This document shows positions 36,101 to 49,075 of a stretch of DNA of 64,000 nt, piece by piece. A program made the position numbers and the translations under genes. How positions within the stretch are numbered: position 1 is the first letter of the stretch; each line of letters starts with the position of its first letter. Under the pieces are notes generated by a model. The model was not told the origin of the DNA and ran no database searches. It saw nothing but the letters and a program-made list of their open reading frames with translations. Origin of the DNA: Malacoraja senta (Eukaryota); the NCBI GenBank assembly GCA_038087875.1, contig CM075995.1, positions 3,040,001 to 3,104,000 of the forward strand. Reading direction: 5' to 3'.

Positions 36101-36522
36101 GCTGAGTCTACTGTACCTGCTGTTTCTGCGGACCTGCGCTGGAACAGGGATTCCTTTCAAGACGGCAGCTCCAGCTCCGTAACGAACGGGGGTACATTCA
36201 AAGTCGGCAGCTCCAGCTTCATTGTTCCTGGAGGATCCAGCTCGTCAGCTCTGGAGGTCATCCCGTGGTTTCAAGGTGCCGTACCTGGGTTCCTCAGTCG
36301 GGTCGGGTGTTTCACAGCCAGCATGGGAAAGTTTAAAGTCCGGGGCTCCCGCAGCTGCGGGAGATGGTGAAATTGCGAGAGCCTTGAGGTGCTCAAGCAG
36401 CTTGTCTGAAATGGCACCGTTTTCTGCCGTTTTCCTGATCCAGGTGAGTTGATTGAAGTTGTATCTAAGTCTTTTAGGGTCTGGTCCTCCACAAACGTCG
36501 CCGCAGGCAGGCGCCATCTTGA
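33198..36522 (-). mobile_element. Near full-length Rex1/Babar non-LTR retrotransposon
   Basis: 5' aagatggcg start; AP endonuclease (LANVQSL, FTETWL, AGDFN, SDH) then RT ([24 protein letters not shown]); 3'UTR ending gacaataaactcacttgaacttgag. Confidence 0.95.
33388..36160 (-). pseudogene. Rex1/Babar endonuclease-reverse transcriptase ORF, frameshifted near 34680
   Basis: Overlapping ORFs 34628-36160 (APE domain) and 33388-34686 (RT domain). Confidence 0.9.
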
Positions 36523-36737
36523 GAGGGTACAAGATACTTTATCTATGCTGAGCAAGATAGCCTACCTAAGCTCGTCTCATTTGCCCATATACAGCTACAC
36601 CTTTCCTATCCAAGCACCTGACCAAATGTCTTTCACATGTTGTTATTGTATCTGCCTCAACTACCTTCTCTGGCAGCTCAATCCATACGCTCACCACCCT
36701 CTGTGTGAAAAAGTTGCACCTTAGGGTACTGTTCATC

Positions 36738-36975
36738 GGGCGCCACAGTAATGCAGCAGCGGAGCTGATCTTTCACAGCGCCAGTGACCCGGGCTCGATC
36801 CTGACTGCGGGTGTTGTCTGTGCGGACTATGTACGTTCTCCCCATGACCACATGGGTTTTCTCCGGGTGCTCCGGTTTCCTTCCACAGTCCAAAGATCTG
36901 CAGGTTTGTAGGTTGATTGGAATCTGTATATTGACCCTGGTGTGCAGGATGTGAAAGTGGAATAACATGGAACTA
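36738..36975 (+). mobile_element. V-SINE variant
   Basis: gacccgggctcgatcctgact, V-domain gggttttctccgggtgctccggtttcc. Confidence 0.8.
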
Positions 36976-37478
36976 GTCATAGAGTCGTACAGTGTGGAAA
37001 CAGGCCCTTCGGCCCAAGTTGCGCAGACCAACCAACATGCCCCATCTACACTAGTCCCACCTGTCTAAGTTTGGTCCCTCTAAACCTGTTCTATCCATGT
37101 ACCTGTCTAAATGTTTTGTAAGCGTTGTGATAGTACCAGCCTCAACTACCTCCTCTGGCAGCTTGTTCCATACACCTACGACTCTTTATATAAAATAAGT
37201 TACCTCTTGGTTTCTTATTATGTCTTTTCCCCTTTGCCTTAAACCAATGTCCTCTGGTTTTCAACTCCCATACTCCCTGCATTTACCAAATCCTCTGACG
37301 TTCCGGAGAGAATGTTCCAAGTCTATCCAACCTTGCCTTGTAGCTGAGACACAGTAATCCAGTCAGCGTTCAGGCAAACCTCCTCTGCACCCTCTCCAAA
37401 GCCTCCATCTACATCTGTCTTGTAATGGGGTCGGCAGAATGCCCACAATACTTCCAATATAGCCTAACTGAAGTCTTA

Positions 37479-37990
37479 AATGCCTGTCTCACGAGTCTGC
37501 GGTCATTGGCGGCGAAACAGGAACTGTCTACCGCTCCTGGGCCGCCAGAGACCGCAGGCTCAGTCAAACGCACAATTCCGGGGCCGTGCAGCGTTGTTCC
37601 CAACACCGCACGGTGCTAAAAAAAACCCAACACTGTCCAAAAATATGTTCCTACTGCACAGCCGCCGCCAGTGAGGCACGAGTGTGGCACGGTCACCGCC
37701 ACAGCCGCCGCCAGTGAGGCATGAGTGCGGCACGGTCACCGCCACAGCCGCCGCCAATGAGGCACGAGCGCCGTGAGCCGAACCTGCACCGCCACAGCCG
37801 GCGACAGTGAGGTACGTGTGCGGCACGGCCGCCGCCACAGCCCCGCGATCCGAAAGACGTCATCAGCCGAAACCGCAAGCTCGTGGAACCGGACGTACTT
37901 GGCCCCCGCACAGCATCCGTGCGGCGCTCTCGTGGTTGCCGTGCGGTCCCCTCTTCCGGCGAACGACCGCAAACCCGTGGGACAGAGCTT
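37479..37990. mobile_element. GC-rich PIF/Harbinger-type MITE in a CR1 fragment (duplicate at 58771-59302)
   Basis: TTA TSD; TIR ctgtctcacgagtctgcggtc / gaccgcaaacccgtgggacag; internal gccgccgccagtgaggcacgag repeats. Confidence 0.85.
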
Positions 37991-38754
37991 TTACAGAGCT
38001 TCTTCATGGCTTCCGATCATATTGTTATTTTATCGTAATGCAATCATATTGTAATTTTACAACAATTTGGTGTCATTGACAGGATCTAACCAACATGTGG
38101 AAGGGAAAAGATCAGACTTCACGAGAAGCAGAGGGAGAGGGAGAAAATATAAATATTGGCTGCGCCACTGCGTCTTGTTGCCCAGTTATTGATACAAAAT
38201 TGAGTTGCTTGAAGAGTGTAATTGGAATATAGTAAACACTGGGACGAAGCTACTCAATGCATTTACGGATTGCTTCATGGAAGTGGACCTTTCGGTAATA
38301 AAGTCAGAGAAACATTCAGCATGAAACAGGCCCATTAGTCCAACTAGTCCATACCAACCAAGATGCCCCACCCCCACCCCACTAAGTTAGTCCCATTTGT
38401 ATGCATTTGGCCCATATCCCTCTAAAGCTTTCCTATCCAAGTACCTGTCCAAATATCTTTTAAATGTTGTTATTGTACCTGAAATAATTGCCTATTCTGG
38501 CAGCTCTTTCTAGATACCTATCACTCTCAGTGTGGAAAGTAATCATGAGGAAGGTGTAACTCAAGTTGCTTGGCTATTACTTTCTGCAGTTCAGGGGTTA
38601 TGAAAAGAAAAAGATGCATTAAAAGCTGAAATTCAGGTATGGGTGGAGGAAAAGAAAATATTCAGCGGCATATTTCCACTGTTGCTTTAGCAGAGACAGA
38701 ACAATCTGTCCATAGAGTGCAGAAAAAGGTGGAGGATAAAATGTCTAACTCGGC

Positions 38755-38971
38755 TTCAGAGTTCAGAGATACAGCGCGGAAATAGGCTCTTCGGCCCACC
38801 AAGACTGCAACAACTAACAATCATCCCATACACCAACACTATCGTACACAATACGGACAGTTTGCAATTTTATTGAAGCCAATTAACCTATAAACCTGTA
38901 CGTCTTTGGAGTGTGGGAGGAAACCGGAGCACCTGGAGAAAACCCGAAGGAGAACGTACAAACTCTGTACA
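38755..38971 (-). mobile_element. V-SINE 3' half (its 5' half is at 44678-44758)
   Basis: Breaks at caaactctgtaca and resumes as ctctgtacagacggcacccgtag at 44678. Confidence 0.85.
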
Positions 38972-39592
38972 TATAACCATATAACCATATAACCATATAA
39001 CAATTACAGCATGGAAACAGGCCATCTCGACCCTTCAAGTCCATGCCGAACACTATTTCTCCCCTAGTCCCATATACCCATCCAATCTATTTTTAAATTA
39101 TAAAATCGAACCTGCCTCCACCACTTCCACTGGAGGCTCATTCCACACAGCTACCACTCTCTGAGTAAAGAAGTTCCCCCTAATGTTACCCCTAAACTTC
39201 TGTCCCTTAATTCTCAAGTCATGTCCTCTTGTTTGAATCTTCCCTACTCTCAGTGGGAAAAGCTTATCCACGTCAACTCTGTCTATCCCTCTCATCATTT
39301 TAAAGACCTCTATCAAGTCCCCCCTTAACCTTCTGCGCTCCAAAGAATAAAGACCTAACTTGTTCAGCCTTTCTCTGTAACTTAGTTGCTGAAACCCAGG
39401 CAACATTCTAGTAAATCTCCTCTGTACTCTCTCTATTTTGTTGACATCCTTCCTATAATTAGGCGACCAAAATTGTACTCCATACTCCAGAATTGGCCTC
39501 ACCAATGCCATGTACAATTTTAACATTACATCCCAACTTCTATATTCAATGCTCTGATTTATAAAGGCCAGCACACCAAAAGCTTTCTTTAT
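38972..39592 (-). mobile_element. 5'-truncated CR1, same subfamily as 40421-44677
   Basis: ORF 39098-39595 KKAFGVLAFINQSIEYRSWD..; (GGTTATAT)n tail. Confidence 0.95.
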
Positions 39593-39594
39593 CA

Positions 39595-39644
39595 TGCGCA
39601 GCGCAGACAGGAAGTGGTCAAGATGAGACTTTTAGTTATATAGA
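39595..39644 (-). mobile_element. Helitron 5'-end stub
   Basis: Minus strand tctatataactaaaagtctcatcttgaccacttcctgt matches the Helitron starts at 28063, 28732 and 31144. Confidence 0.8.
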
Positions 39645-39649
39645 TATAC

Positions 39650-39692
39650 AGATGCACATATACACAAACTCAAAAACAAATGATAGTAGTGC

Positions 39693-39756
<64 letters not shown>

Positions 39757-40265
39757 GTCTATTGTAGTTTAGAGCTTATTTGAGGTTGTAATGTTTAATA
39801 GCCTGAAGGCTGCAGGGAAGAAGCTGTTCCTGAACCTGGACGTTACAGTCTTCAGGCTCCTGTGCCTTTTTCCCGATGGGAGTGGTGAAATGTGTGTGTG
39901 GCCAGGATGGTGTGGGTCTCTGATGATGTTGGCTGCCTTTTTGAGGCAACGACTCCGATAAATCCCTTCGATGATGCGGAGGTCAGAGCCGGTGATGGAC
40001 TGGGCAGTGTTCACAACTTTTTCCAGTCCTGGACATACAAGTTGCCGAACCAGGCCATGATATGCTCTCTATGGTACTCCTGTAGAATGTTCAAGAGAAT
40101 CCTCTCTGACATACCGAATCTCCGTAATCTTCTCAGGAAGTAGAGGCGTTGATGTGCTTTATTTTTAATTGCATCAGTGTGCTGGGTCCAGGAAAGATCT
40201 TTGGAAATATGCACGCCCAGGAATTTGAAGTTTTTGACTCTCTCCACCCCGTTGATATAAACAGG
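39650..40265 (-). mobile_element. Rex1/Babar 3' fragment containing (TAA)n
   Basis: [30 protein letters not shown]. Confidence 0.9.
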
Positions 40266-40522
40266 ACAAAAACAGGATCATTACATAAAGCTACAGTTTA
40301 GTTTAGTTCAGATTATTGTCACGTGTAGCAAGGTACAGTGAAAAGCTTTTGTTGCCTGCTATCCAGTCTGCGGAAAGACAATGCATGATTACAATCAAGC
40401 CATGTATCATAGACACATGATATAACCATATAACCATTATAGCACGGAAACAGGCCATCTCGGCCCTTCAAGTCCATGCCGAACACTTTTTATATTTTTC
40501 CCTTCTTTCTTCTTACTTCCCC

Positions 40523-43330
40523 CTAGTCCCATCTACCTGCACTCAGACCATAACCCTCCATTCCTTTCCCATCCATATACCCATCCAATCTATTTTTAAA
40601 GGATAAAATCGAACCTGCCTCCACCACTTCCACTGGAAGCTCATTCCACACAGCTACCACTCTCTGAGTAAAGAAGTTCCCCCTAATGTTACCCCTAAAC
40701 TTCTGTCCCTTAATTCTCAAGTCATGTCCCCTTGTTTGAATCTTCCCTACTCTCAATGGGAAAAGCTTATCCACGTCAACTCTGTCTAACCCGCTCATCA
40801 TTTTAAAGACCTCTATCAAGTCCCCCCTTAACCTTCTGCGCTTCAAAGAATAAAGACCTAACTTGTTCAGCCTTTCTCTGTAACTTAGTTGCTGAAACCC
40901 AGGCAACATTCTAGTAAATCTCCTCTGTACTCTCTCTATTTTGTTGACATCCTTCCTATAATTAGGCGGCCAAAATTGTACTCCATACTCCAGAATTGGC
41001 CTCACCAATGCCTTGTACAATTTTAACATTACATCCCAACTTCTATATTCAATGCTCTGATTTATAAAGGCCAGCACACCAAAAGCTTTCTTTACCACCC
41101 TATCTACATGAGATTCCACCTTCAGGGAACTATGCACAGTTATTCCTAGATCCCTCTGTTCAACTGCATTCCTCAATTCGCTACCATTTACCATGTACGT
41201 CCTATTTTGATTTGTCCTGCCAAGATGTAGCACCTCACATTTATCAGCATTAAACTCCATCTGCCATCTTTCAGCCCACTCTTCCAAATGGCCTAAATCT
41301 CTCTGTAGACTTTGAAAATCTACTTCATTATCCACAACACCACCTATCTTAGTATCATCTGCATACTTACTAATCCAATTTTCCACACCATCATCCAGAT
41401 CATTGATGTACATGACAAACAACAGTGGACCCAACACAGACCCCTGAGGCACCCCACTAGTCACCGGCCTCCAACCTGACAAACAGCCATCCACCATTAC
41501 TCTCTGGCATCTCCCATTCAGCCACTGTTGAATCCATCTTGCTACTCCACCATTAATACCCAACAATTTAATCTTCTTAACCAACCTTCCATGAAGAACC
41601 TTGTCAAAGGCCTTACTGAAGTCCATATAGACAACATCTACTGCTTTACCCTCATCAATTTCCCTAGTAACCTCTTCGAAAAATTCAAGAAGATTTGTCA
41701 AACATGACCTTCCAGGCACAAATCCATGTTGACTGTTCTTAATCAGACCCTGTTTATCCAGATGCTTATATATATTATCCCTAAGTATCCTTTCCATTAA
41801 TTTGCCCACCACTGACATCAAACTAACAGGTCTATAATTGCTAGGTTTACTCTTAGAACTCTTTTTAAACAATGGAACAACATGCGCAGTACGCCAATCC
41901 TCCGGCACTATTCCCATTTCTAATGACATTTGAAATATTTCTGTCATAGCCCCTGCTATTTCTACACAAACTTCCCTCAATGTCCTAGGGAATATCCTGT
42001 CAGGACCTGGAGACTTATCCATTTTCATATTTTTCAAAAGTGTCCACACTTCCTCTTCTTTGAATCTCATAGTTTCCATTGCTACTCTGCTCATTTCCCT
42101 TACCTCACATAATTAAATATCCTTCTCCTTGGTGAATACCAAAGAAAAGAAATTGTTCAATATCTCCCCCATCTCTTTTGGCTCTGCAGATAGCAGTCCA
42201 CCCTGACTCTCTAATGGACCAATTTTATTCCTTGTTATCCTTTTGCTATTAATATAGCTGTAGAAACCCTTTGGGTTTACTTTCACCTTACATGCCAAAG
42301 CAACCTCATATCTTCTTTTAGCTTTTCTAATTTCTTTCTTAAGATTCTTTTTACATTCTTTATACTCCTGCAGCACCTCATTTACTCCATGCTGCCTATA
42401 ATTATTGTAGATCTCTCTCTTTTTCCGAACCGTGTCCAATTTCCCGTGAAAACCATGGCTCTTTCCAATTTTTACTATTTCCTTTCAACCGAACAGGGAC
42501 ATAAAGATTCTGTACTCTTAAAATTTCACCTTTAAATGTCCTCCATTTCTCTTCTACATCCTTCCCATAAAACAACATGTCCCAATTCACTCCTTTTAAA
42601 TCCTTTCGCATCTCCTCAAAGTTAGCCAGTCAAAAATCTCAACCTTAGGTCGAGTTCTGACCCTCTCCATAATTATATTGAAACTAATGGTATTGTGATC
42701 AATGGACCCAAAGTGCTCCCCAACGCATACCTCAGCCACCTGCCCTGTCTCATTTCCTAACAGGAGGTCCAGCACTGCCCCTTCTCTTGTAGGTACCTCT
42801 ATGTATTGCTGCAAAAAACTATCCTGCCCACATTTTACAAACTCCAAACCATCCAGCCCTTTTACAGAATGTGTTTCCCAGTCTATGTGTGGAAAATTGA
42901 AATCTCCCACAATCACTACCTTGTGCTTACTACTAATATCTGCTATCTCCTTACATATTTGCTCTTCCAATTCTCGCTCTCCATTAGGCGGTCTATAATA
43001 CAACCTATTAGTGTTGCTACCCCTTTCCCATTTCTCAGTTCCACCCAAATAGCCTCCCTAGACGAGCCCTCTAATCTATCCTGCCAAAGCACTGCTGTAA
43101 TATCTTCCTTGACAAGCAATGCAACACCCCCACCTCTTGCCCCTCCAATTCTATCACCCCTGAAGCAACGAAATCCTGGAATATTTAGTTTCCACTCACA
43201 GCCCTCCTGCAACCATGTTTCACTGATCGCCACAACATCATACTTCCAGGTGTCAATCCTGGCTCTAAGCTCATCCACCTCTCTTACAGTGCTCCTAGCA
43301 TTTAAATATACACATTTAAGAAACCCACCA
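40523..43330 (-). pseudogene. CR1 ORF2 (APE endonuclease + RT); frameshifts and a stop in the N-terminal half, 523-aa RT part open
   Basis: YLNARS, ISETWL, VGDFNFP, DHN; RT: QHGF, DFSKAFDKV, GVPQGSVLGP, KYADD. Confidence 0.95.
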
Positions 43331-43463
43331 CCACTTATTCTCTGTTTATTATCTTTTTCTTCTTTCTCCCCTACATTTTGGGTCCGAGTGCTTCCCTTCT
43401 CTGCCTCCTGCCTCACACCCTGACTACTAGCTTTCCCTATTCGAGTCCCTCCCCTCAACCGTT

Positions 43464-44391
43464 CTAGTTTAAAGTCTCCCCAGTTGCCTTTGCAAATCTC
43501 CCCGCCAGGATATTGGTCCCCCTCGGGTTCAAGTGCAACCCGTCCTTTTTGTACAGGTCACACCTTCCCCAAAAGAGGTCCCAATGATCCAGAAACTGGA
43601 ATCCCTGCCCACTGCACCAGTCCCTCAGCCACGCATTTATCCTCCACCTCATTCCATTCCTACTCTCACTGTCTCGTGGCACAGGCAGTAATCCTGAGAT
43701 TGTTATTTTTTTGGTCCTTCTCCTTAACTCTCCTCCCATCTCCCTAAATTCTCCTTTCAGGACCTCTTCTCTCTTTCTACCTATGTCATTGGTACCTATA
43801 TGTACCATGACCTCAGGCTCCTCTCCCTCCGATTTCAGGATATCTTGGACGCGTTCAGACACCTCCCTGACCCTGGCACCAGGGAGGCAAACTACCATCC
43901 GGGTCTCCTGACTGCATCCACAGAATCGCCTATCTGACCCCCTAACCATAGAGTCCCCTATTACTATTGCCCTCCTCTTCTTTTCCCTACCCTTCTGAGC
44001 AACAGGGCCGGTCTCTGTGCCGGAGGCCCGGCCGCTGTCGCTACCCGCAGGAAGGCTGTCCCCCCCAACAGTACTCAAACATGAGTACTTATTTTCAAGG
44101 TGTACAGCCACCGGGGGTACTCACTAGTCCTTGCCTCTGCCCCTTGCCCTTCCTAACCGTGACCCACTTGTCCGCCTCCCGTGGTCTTGGAGTGACCACC
44201 TCCCTATAACTCCTTTCTATAACCTCCTCACTCTCCCTGATCAGACAGAGGTCATCGAGCTGTTGCTCCAGGTTCCTAACACGGTCCCTTAGGAGCCCCA
44301 TCTGGACACAGATGTGGACGTCTGGAGGGGTATCAGACTCCATGACCTCCCACATCTGACATCCAGAACAGTAAACTGCCCTGGCCCTCAT
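43464..44391 (-). pseudogene. CR1 ORF1: Cys-rich N-terminus, coiled coil and SGNH/GDSL esterase; frameshift near 44100
   Basis: CSGCQMWE; VIGDSMVR, VHIGTND, DGLHLN esterase blocks. Confidence 0.9.
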
Positions 44392-44919
44392 TCTCCCCTT
44401 CTGTACCTGGGATAATATACAAAGCCTTACCCTGGATTCAATACAAAGCCTTACCCTGGGTACAAGCCAATCAGCGGCTTCCCCTAGTCCGTTTCCACAA
44501 ATCAGTGGCTTCCTCAAGCCCACTTATTTTGAAGTGTGAACTGCGGATGGAACGTTGCAGAGTTTGGTTCCTCCTCCCTCTGTAACGGCTCCTGGGCCTC
44601 TGCTGAAACAAGCCCCGTGATGGGTTTTTGAACCTACCGCCCGGACGTCGCTCCTCCCTCTGTAACGGCTCCTGGGCCTCTGTACAGACGGCACCCGTAG
44701 TTAGGATTGAGCCCGGGTCGTAAGGCAGCGACTCTACTGCTGCCCCACCGTGGCGCCCCACAGCTTTGATAGTTACTGTTATATTAATGAATAAAATATC
44801 TCTGAGATGCAGGATGTGAGCATTAAATCCATCATTGATAAAAGACTGGGATCCTGACATTTGGGCCTTTACTGAAGATGAGAGAATGGACGGAAATGGA
44901 GGAAGAAGCAAATGGCACA

Positions 44920-45755
44920 GAGTCATAGAGACATAGAGTCATAGAGTGATATAGTGTGGAAACAGGCCATTTGGCCCATATCCCTCCAAACCTATCCTAT
45001 TCATTTACCTGTCTGCATTTGGCCCATATCCCTCCAAACCTGTCCTATCCATTTAACTGCCCGCGTTTGGTCCATATCCCTACAAACCTGTCCTATCCAT
45101 GTACCTGTCTAACTGTTTCTTAAATGTTGGGATAGTCCCAGCCTCAACTACCTCCTCTGGCAGCTTATTCCATACACCTGCCACCCTTTGTGTGAAAAAG
45201 ATACCCTTCAGATTCCTATTAAATCGTTTCTCATTCACCTTAAATTTATGCCTCTGGTCCTCGATTCACCTACTGTGCATCTACCCGATCTATTCCTCTC
45301 ATCATTTTATGCACCTCCATAAGATCACCCCTCATCCTCCAGCGCGCCAAGGAATAGAGTCCCACTCTCAACCTCTCCCTGTAGCTCAGACCCTCTAGTC
45401 CTGGCAACATCCTCGTAAATCTTCTCTGTACTCTTTCCAGCTTGACAACATCTTTCCTATAACATGGTGCCCAGAACTGAACACAATACTCTAGATGCGG
45501 CATTACCAACGTCCTATACAACTGCAACATGATCTCCCAACTTCAATACTCAAGACTAATGAAGGCCAATATATCAAAAGCCTTTTTGCCCACCCTATCA
45601 ACCTGCACCTACACCTTCAAGGAACCATGCACCTGCACTCCTAGATCCCTCTGCTCTACAACACTCTCCAGAGCTCTACCATTCACCGTGTACGTCCTGC
45701 CCTTGTTAGACTTCCCAAAATGCAACAACGCACATTTCTCTGTCTTAAATTCCAA
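44920..45755 (-). mobile_element. CR1 3' fragment with a ~48-bp local triplication in its tail region
   Basis: HLEYCVQFWAP..; catttggcccatatccctccaaacctgtcctatccat x3 at ~44968-45110. Confidence 0.85.
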
Positions 45756-46195
45756 TCTCCTGATTCAGTCTCAAAGTCAATACTCTTGACTTTTGCTTGT
45801 TGGCATCCTGTTCATTGGCATAAATGTCGACATTAATGGGATTTATAAGACAAAGGACGGATGAGGCCTACAGTGGCACGGAATGGCAGAGCAGCGGTAG
45901 AGTACATCGACACATCGCTTGGCTCTGACCCAATGTCGCCGCCGGGACGATGGGCCTTGATGGCCAAGTTAAGACTCTAGACTTTTAGACTTTAGAAATA
46001 CAACAGAGGAGGACGACTGAATTTTGGAGCCTTCCCTCACAGTGGGGAAACTTTGATCCCGCTGTGTGGGGATGTCTGTGTTAAAAACTATCATGTTCTG
46101 TGCTCTTTATTATTCGTATGGCTGTATGGTGACCACACATTTCACTGTACCAATTGGTACATGTGACAAATAAATGTATCTTGTATCTTGTATCT

Positions 46196-46478
46196 TGTAC
46201 AGTGCAGAAACAGGCCCTTCGGCCCACCAAGTCCATGCCGACCAGTGATCACCTGTACACCAAACCTATCCTACACACTAGCGACAATTTACAATTTGCC
46301 AAAGTCAATTAACCTCTAAACGTGAACATCTTTGGATTGTGTGATGAAACCAGTGCACCTGGAGAAAACCCACGCGGTCACGGGAAGAATGGGCAAACTC
46401 TGTACCTCTAGTCAGGATTGAACCCGGGTCTCTGGCATTGTAAGGCAGCAACTTTGCTGCTGCGCCACTGTCCCGCCC
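46196..46478 (-). mobile_element. V-SINE (HE1-like) copy
   Basis: Head, V-domain and tail on minus strand. Confidence 0.8.
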
Positions 46479-47052
46479 CAACATTCCCAACAACTCTTAG
46501 CATTTAAGAAGTATTCGGACTTGAAAGGTACAGGAAGACGACTAAAATGTTGCAATTCTTCTGCAGAGGCTCAGTGTAGTCTACTGTCTTGCACTCTTAT
46601 ACTTGGTATTATTGTGCCTAGATTATAGCAGGATTGTCACTGAACTGTATGCGGAAAGATAACTTCACGGTACTTGCATACACTTGACACTAAAGTACCA
46701 TCGATGCATTGCAGTTCAACCCTTAATAGTTAACAAATCTAAAGTAATGGCAGGATAACAGTCACAGCAGTGTTGGGTAGTCTGTGATTATTCCCAGACA
46801 GAGCTGCAGGATATAGTAAAACACAATAAACAACTATAACGGGAAACCTTAGGGGCGTGCTCAACACCGCTCTGGGACCAAGCAGCGGATGCTATCTAGC
46901 TTGCTAATCAGGAGCGGCGGAGGTTAGACACAAAGCGCTGGAGTAACTCAGTGAGTCAGGCAGCATCTCTGGAGAAAAAAAATGGATGATGTTTCGGGAC
47001 CCTTCATTAGGAGTTTTCTCCGTAGAGCCCGTGATCACTAAGATCTTGCGGG

Positions 47053-47053
<1 letters not shown>

Positions 47054-47117
<64 letters not shown>

Positions 47118-47212
47118 AAGCAGTTAGACAGGTATATGGATAAGACAGGTTTGGAGGGATATGGTCCAAATTCTGGCAGGTGGGACGAGTGTAGCTGGGA
47201 CATGTTGGCCGG

Positions 47213-47244
<32 letters not shown>

Positions 47245-47245
47245 T
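47054..47245. repeat. (TA)n tracts flanking a ~100-bp CR1 fragment
   Basis: (TA)n 47054-47114, then KKQLDRYMDKTGLEGYGP-coding piece, then (TA)n. Confidence 0.9.
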
Positions 47246-48564
47246 GTCAGTGTAAATTATAGTGGCTGGTGTTACAGAGAGATATCCTGATCTCATGGAG
47301 TGGGAGTGAGAATGTGCCCCCTTATATTAGTGATGCAGCAGTGCGAACTATACCATGGCATATGGTAACCCACGTGGGGATTTATAGGCAGCAGTTTCAG
47401 CAGCCAAAGGAGTAGTTCTTTTTTCAGCTATAGGGAGAGGTTGGGCAGGCAAGGACGTTATTCCTTGGAATTAACATTAAGATGGACATTAAATTAGCCC
47501 ATCTTCATGTTATTGGCAGTGTCCTCGATAATAAATTCTGATGCAAAAAATGAATTAAACATATCTACCATTCCTTTCCTGTTATTAATTTAGAAGCCTT
47601 GCTCTCTCAAGGTCCTTTATATGCTTTGAAAAGGAGTGGGTTAGTTGAGTTTTGTTTATTGTTGAGCTTTTGTTGCGTGTTAACCAGTCAGCAGAAAGAC
47701 AATACATGATTACAATCGAGCCATTCACAGTGTACAGATACACGATAGATGGAACAATGTGAATAATATCCAGTGCAAGAAAAGCCAGTAAAGTTCAGTT
47801 CAATTCAGTTCAGTTCAGTTAATTGTCACGTGTACTGAGGCACAGTGAAAAGCTTTTGTTGCGTGATAACCAGTCAGCAGAAAGGCAATACATGATTACA
47901 ATCGATCCATTTACAGTGTATAGACAGTGTATATAAGGGAATAACGTTTAGTGCAAGGTAAAGGCAGCAAAGTCCGATCAAAGATAGTCCGAGGGTCTCC
48001 AATGAGGTCGATGGTAGTTCAGCACTGCTCTCTAGTTGCTGTTAGGAAGGTTCAGTTGCCTGATAACAGCTGGGAAGAAACTGCCCTTGAGTCTGGAAGT
48101 GTGCGTTTTCACATTTCTAAACCTTTTACCCGATGGGAGAGGGGAGAATCCTATACTTAAACACATTAGCCCAGCGTGTTCGGGGGATAGAAACCAGAGC
48201 TGAGTAATTTTGCTTCGTGACAGGATTGTGCTATTTTAGATATGGGCTTGGTTTGAAGATGATGCGCACCAGCAGAATGATGGAAATTTTATGTCAAGGT
48301 AATAATGACATCTATATTTCAGCTCTGTAGTTAAATTATTACAGCAATAAAAACCATTTAGCATGCACTTAAATGAATGCAGAATGCACGATTTAAAAAA
48401 AAAAAAAGCTGGTTTAACAAAAATAGTTGTCATTCTTTCATCCTTCCCTGATTTCTGGCCAGTGATTAATATGTGTGGTTGTGTTGTGTTGGGTGCAGCA
48501 ATCGTTAGTCCACCACATGAACTTTCACAGGGCTGTGTAACGAGTGCAATACACAGAATGTGCG

Positions 48565-49075
48565 TAGAACATAGAATAGTACAGCACAGGAGCGGGCCCT
48601 TCGGCCCACAGTGTTTGTGCCGCGCGTGATGCCTAGTTAAACTGATCTCATCTGCTTGTACACGATCCGTATCCCTCTATTCCCTGCACTTCCATGTGTC
48701 TATCTAAAAGCCTCTTAAATGCCACTCTCATATCTCCCTCCACCACCACCCCTGGCATTACGTTCCAGGCCCCGACCACTCTCTGCGTAAAGAAACTTAC
48801 CACGCATATCTCCATTAAACCTTCCCCCTCTCACCTTATAGCTATGCCCTCTAGCATTGTCCATTTCCAACCTGGGGAAAAGGTTCTGACTGTCTACCTT
48901 ATCTACTGTATGCCTCTCATAATTTTATATATTTCTATCAGGTCTCCGTCCACCTCCGACGTTCCAGAGAAAACATTCCAAGTCTATCCAACGTCTCCCT
49001 TTAGCTGAAACCCACGAATCCAGGCAACATTCTGGTAAAACTCGTCTGTACCTTCTCCAAAGCCTACACATATTT
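48565..49075 (-). mobile_element. Old CR1 3' fragment
   Basis: Decayed RT C-terminal coding sequence and gggccgaagggcc tail on minus strand. Confidence 0.75.

Larger units (their letters stand above)
40421..44677 (-). mobile_element. Full-length CR1 LINE (5'UTR, ORF1, ORF2, tail)
   Basis: 5'UTR with short tandem repeats, ORF1, ORF2 and (GGTTATAT)n tail in order. Confidence 0.95.
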
